From assembly GCF_006345805.1 (NCBI RefSeq), contig NW_021829278.1, positions 1-6,441 of the forward strand: DNA of 6,441 nt. The letters are read 5' to 3'. Made by a program: the position numbers and the translations under genes. The notes under the pieces are model-generated. The model saw nothing but the letters and a program-made list of their open reading frames with translations. It was not told the DNA's origin and searched no databases. The DNA comes from Octopus sinensis. Taxonomy: Eukaryota. Of the stretch, positions 5,958 to 6,441 are shown in pieces (within the stretch, counting starts at the first letter, position 1; every line of letters starts with the position of its first letter).

Positions 5958-6378
5958 TACTCTCTTTTACTCTTTTACTTGTTTCAGCCATTTGACTGTG
6001 GCCATGCTGCAGCACCGCCTTTTTTTTTTTAGTCGAGCGAATCGACCCCAGGACTTATTCTTTGTCAGCCTAGAACTTATTCTATCGGTCTATTTTTGCC
6101 GATCCGCTAAGTTACGGCGACGTAAACACACCAGCATCGGTTGTCAAGCGATGCTAGGGGGACAAACACAGACACACAGACATACACACATACATATATG
6201 TATATACAAACATACGACGGGCTTCTTTCAGTTTCCGTCTACCAAATCCACTCACAAGGCTTTGGTCGACCCGAGGCTATAGCAGAATACACTTGCCCAA
6301 GGTGCTACGCAGTGGGACTGAACCCGGAACCATGTGGCTGGTTAGCAAGCTACTTACCACACAGCCACTCCTACGCCT
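5958..6378 (-). mobile_element. Full-length SINE family B copy B3 (about 420 bp; octopus OK-like from memory)
   Basis: Head AGGCGTAGGAG, A-box TGGCTGTGTGG (6367-6357), B-box GGTTCAGTCC (6324-6315), central CA/TA spacer at about 6170-6213, and 3' half with TACTCTTT tail. An internal T-run is expanded to 11 T at 6020-6030 (3 T in B1). Confidence 0.92.
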
Positions 6379-6441
6379 TTTATCTTTTATCTTTTACTTG
6401 TTTCAGTCATTGGACTGCGGCCATTCTGGGGCACTGCCTTT
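6379..6441 (-). mobile_element. 3' tail of another B-family SINE (B4, TTTTATC-tail subtype), running off the window end
   Basis: TTTTATCTTTTATCTTTTACTTGTTTCAGTCATTGGACTGCGGCC matches the B tail but carries different diagnostic bases. Confidence 0.85.

Overview
Repeat-saturated, AT-rich eukaryotic DNA with no intact protein-coding gene, so probably intronic or intergenic. The SINE families match my recollection of the octopus tRNA-derived SINEs (OK/OR1/OR2 type), so the source is very probably a coleoid cephalopod; the family names are from memory and were not searched. Contents: compound RY microsatellites (TATG, TA, TG/CA, GATA), which explain most of the listed ORFs; six copies of SINE family 'A'; six pieces of SINE family 'B'; one 3'-truncated third tRNA-SINE; and two decayed minus-strand relics of an RLE-type (R4/Dong-like) non-LTR retrotransposon that the ORF track does not identify (endonuclease C-terminus at 256-1097, probable RT N-terminus at 4616-4833). 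The most interesting signal concerns one tail subtype of family A. Its insertions sit immediately before (G)GTATT: once in the LINE relic with a 17-bp TSD, and twice at the internal GGTATTTCGT site of its own family, giving a 184-bp head-less tandem array. This suggests sequence-selective, self-targeting SINE integration. An adjacent inverted pair of B-family arms (3422-3754) is a candidate dsRNA/ADAR substrate.
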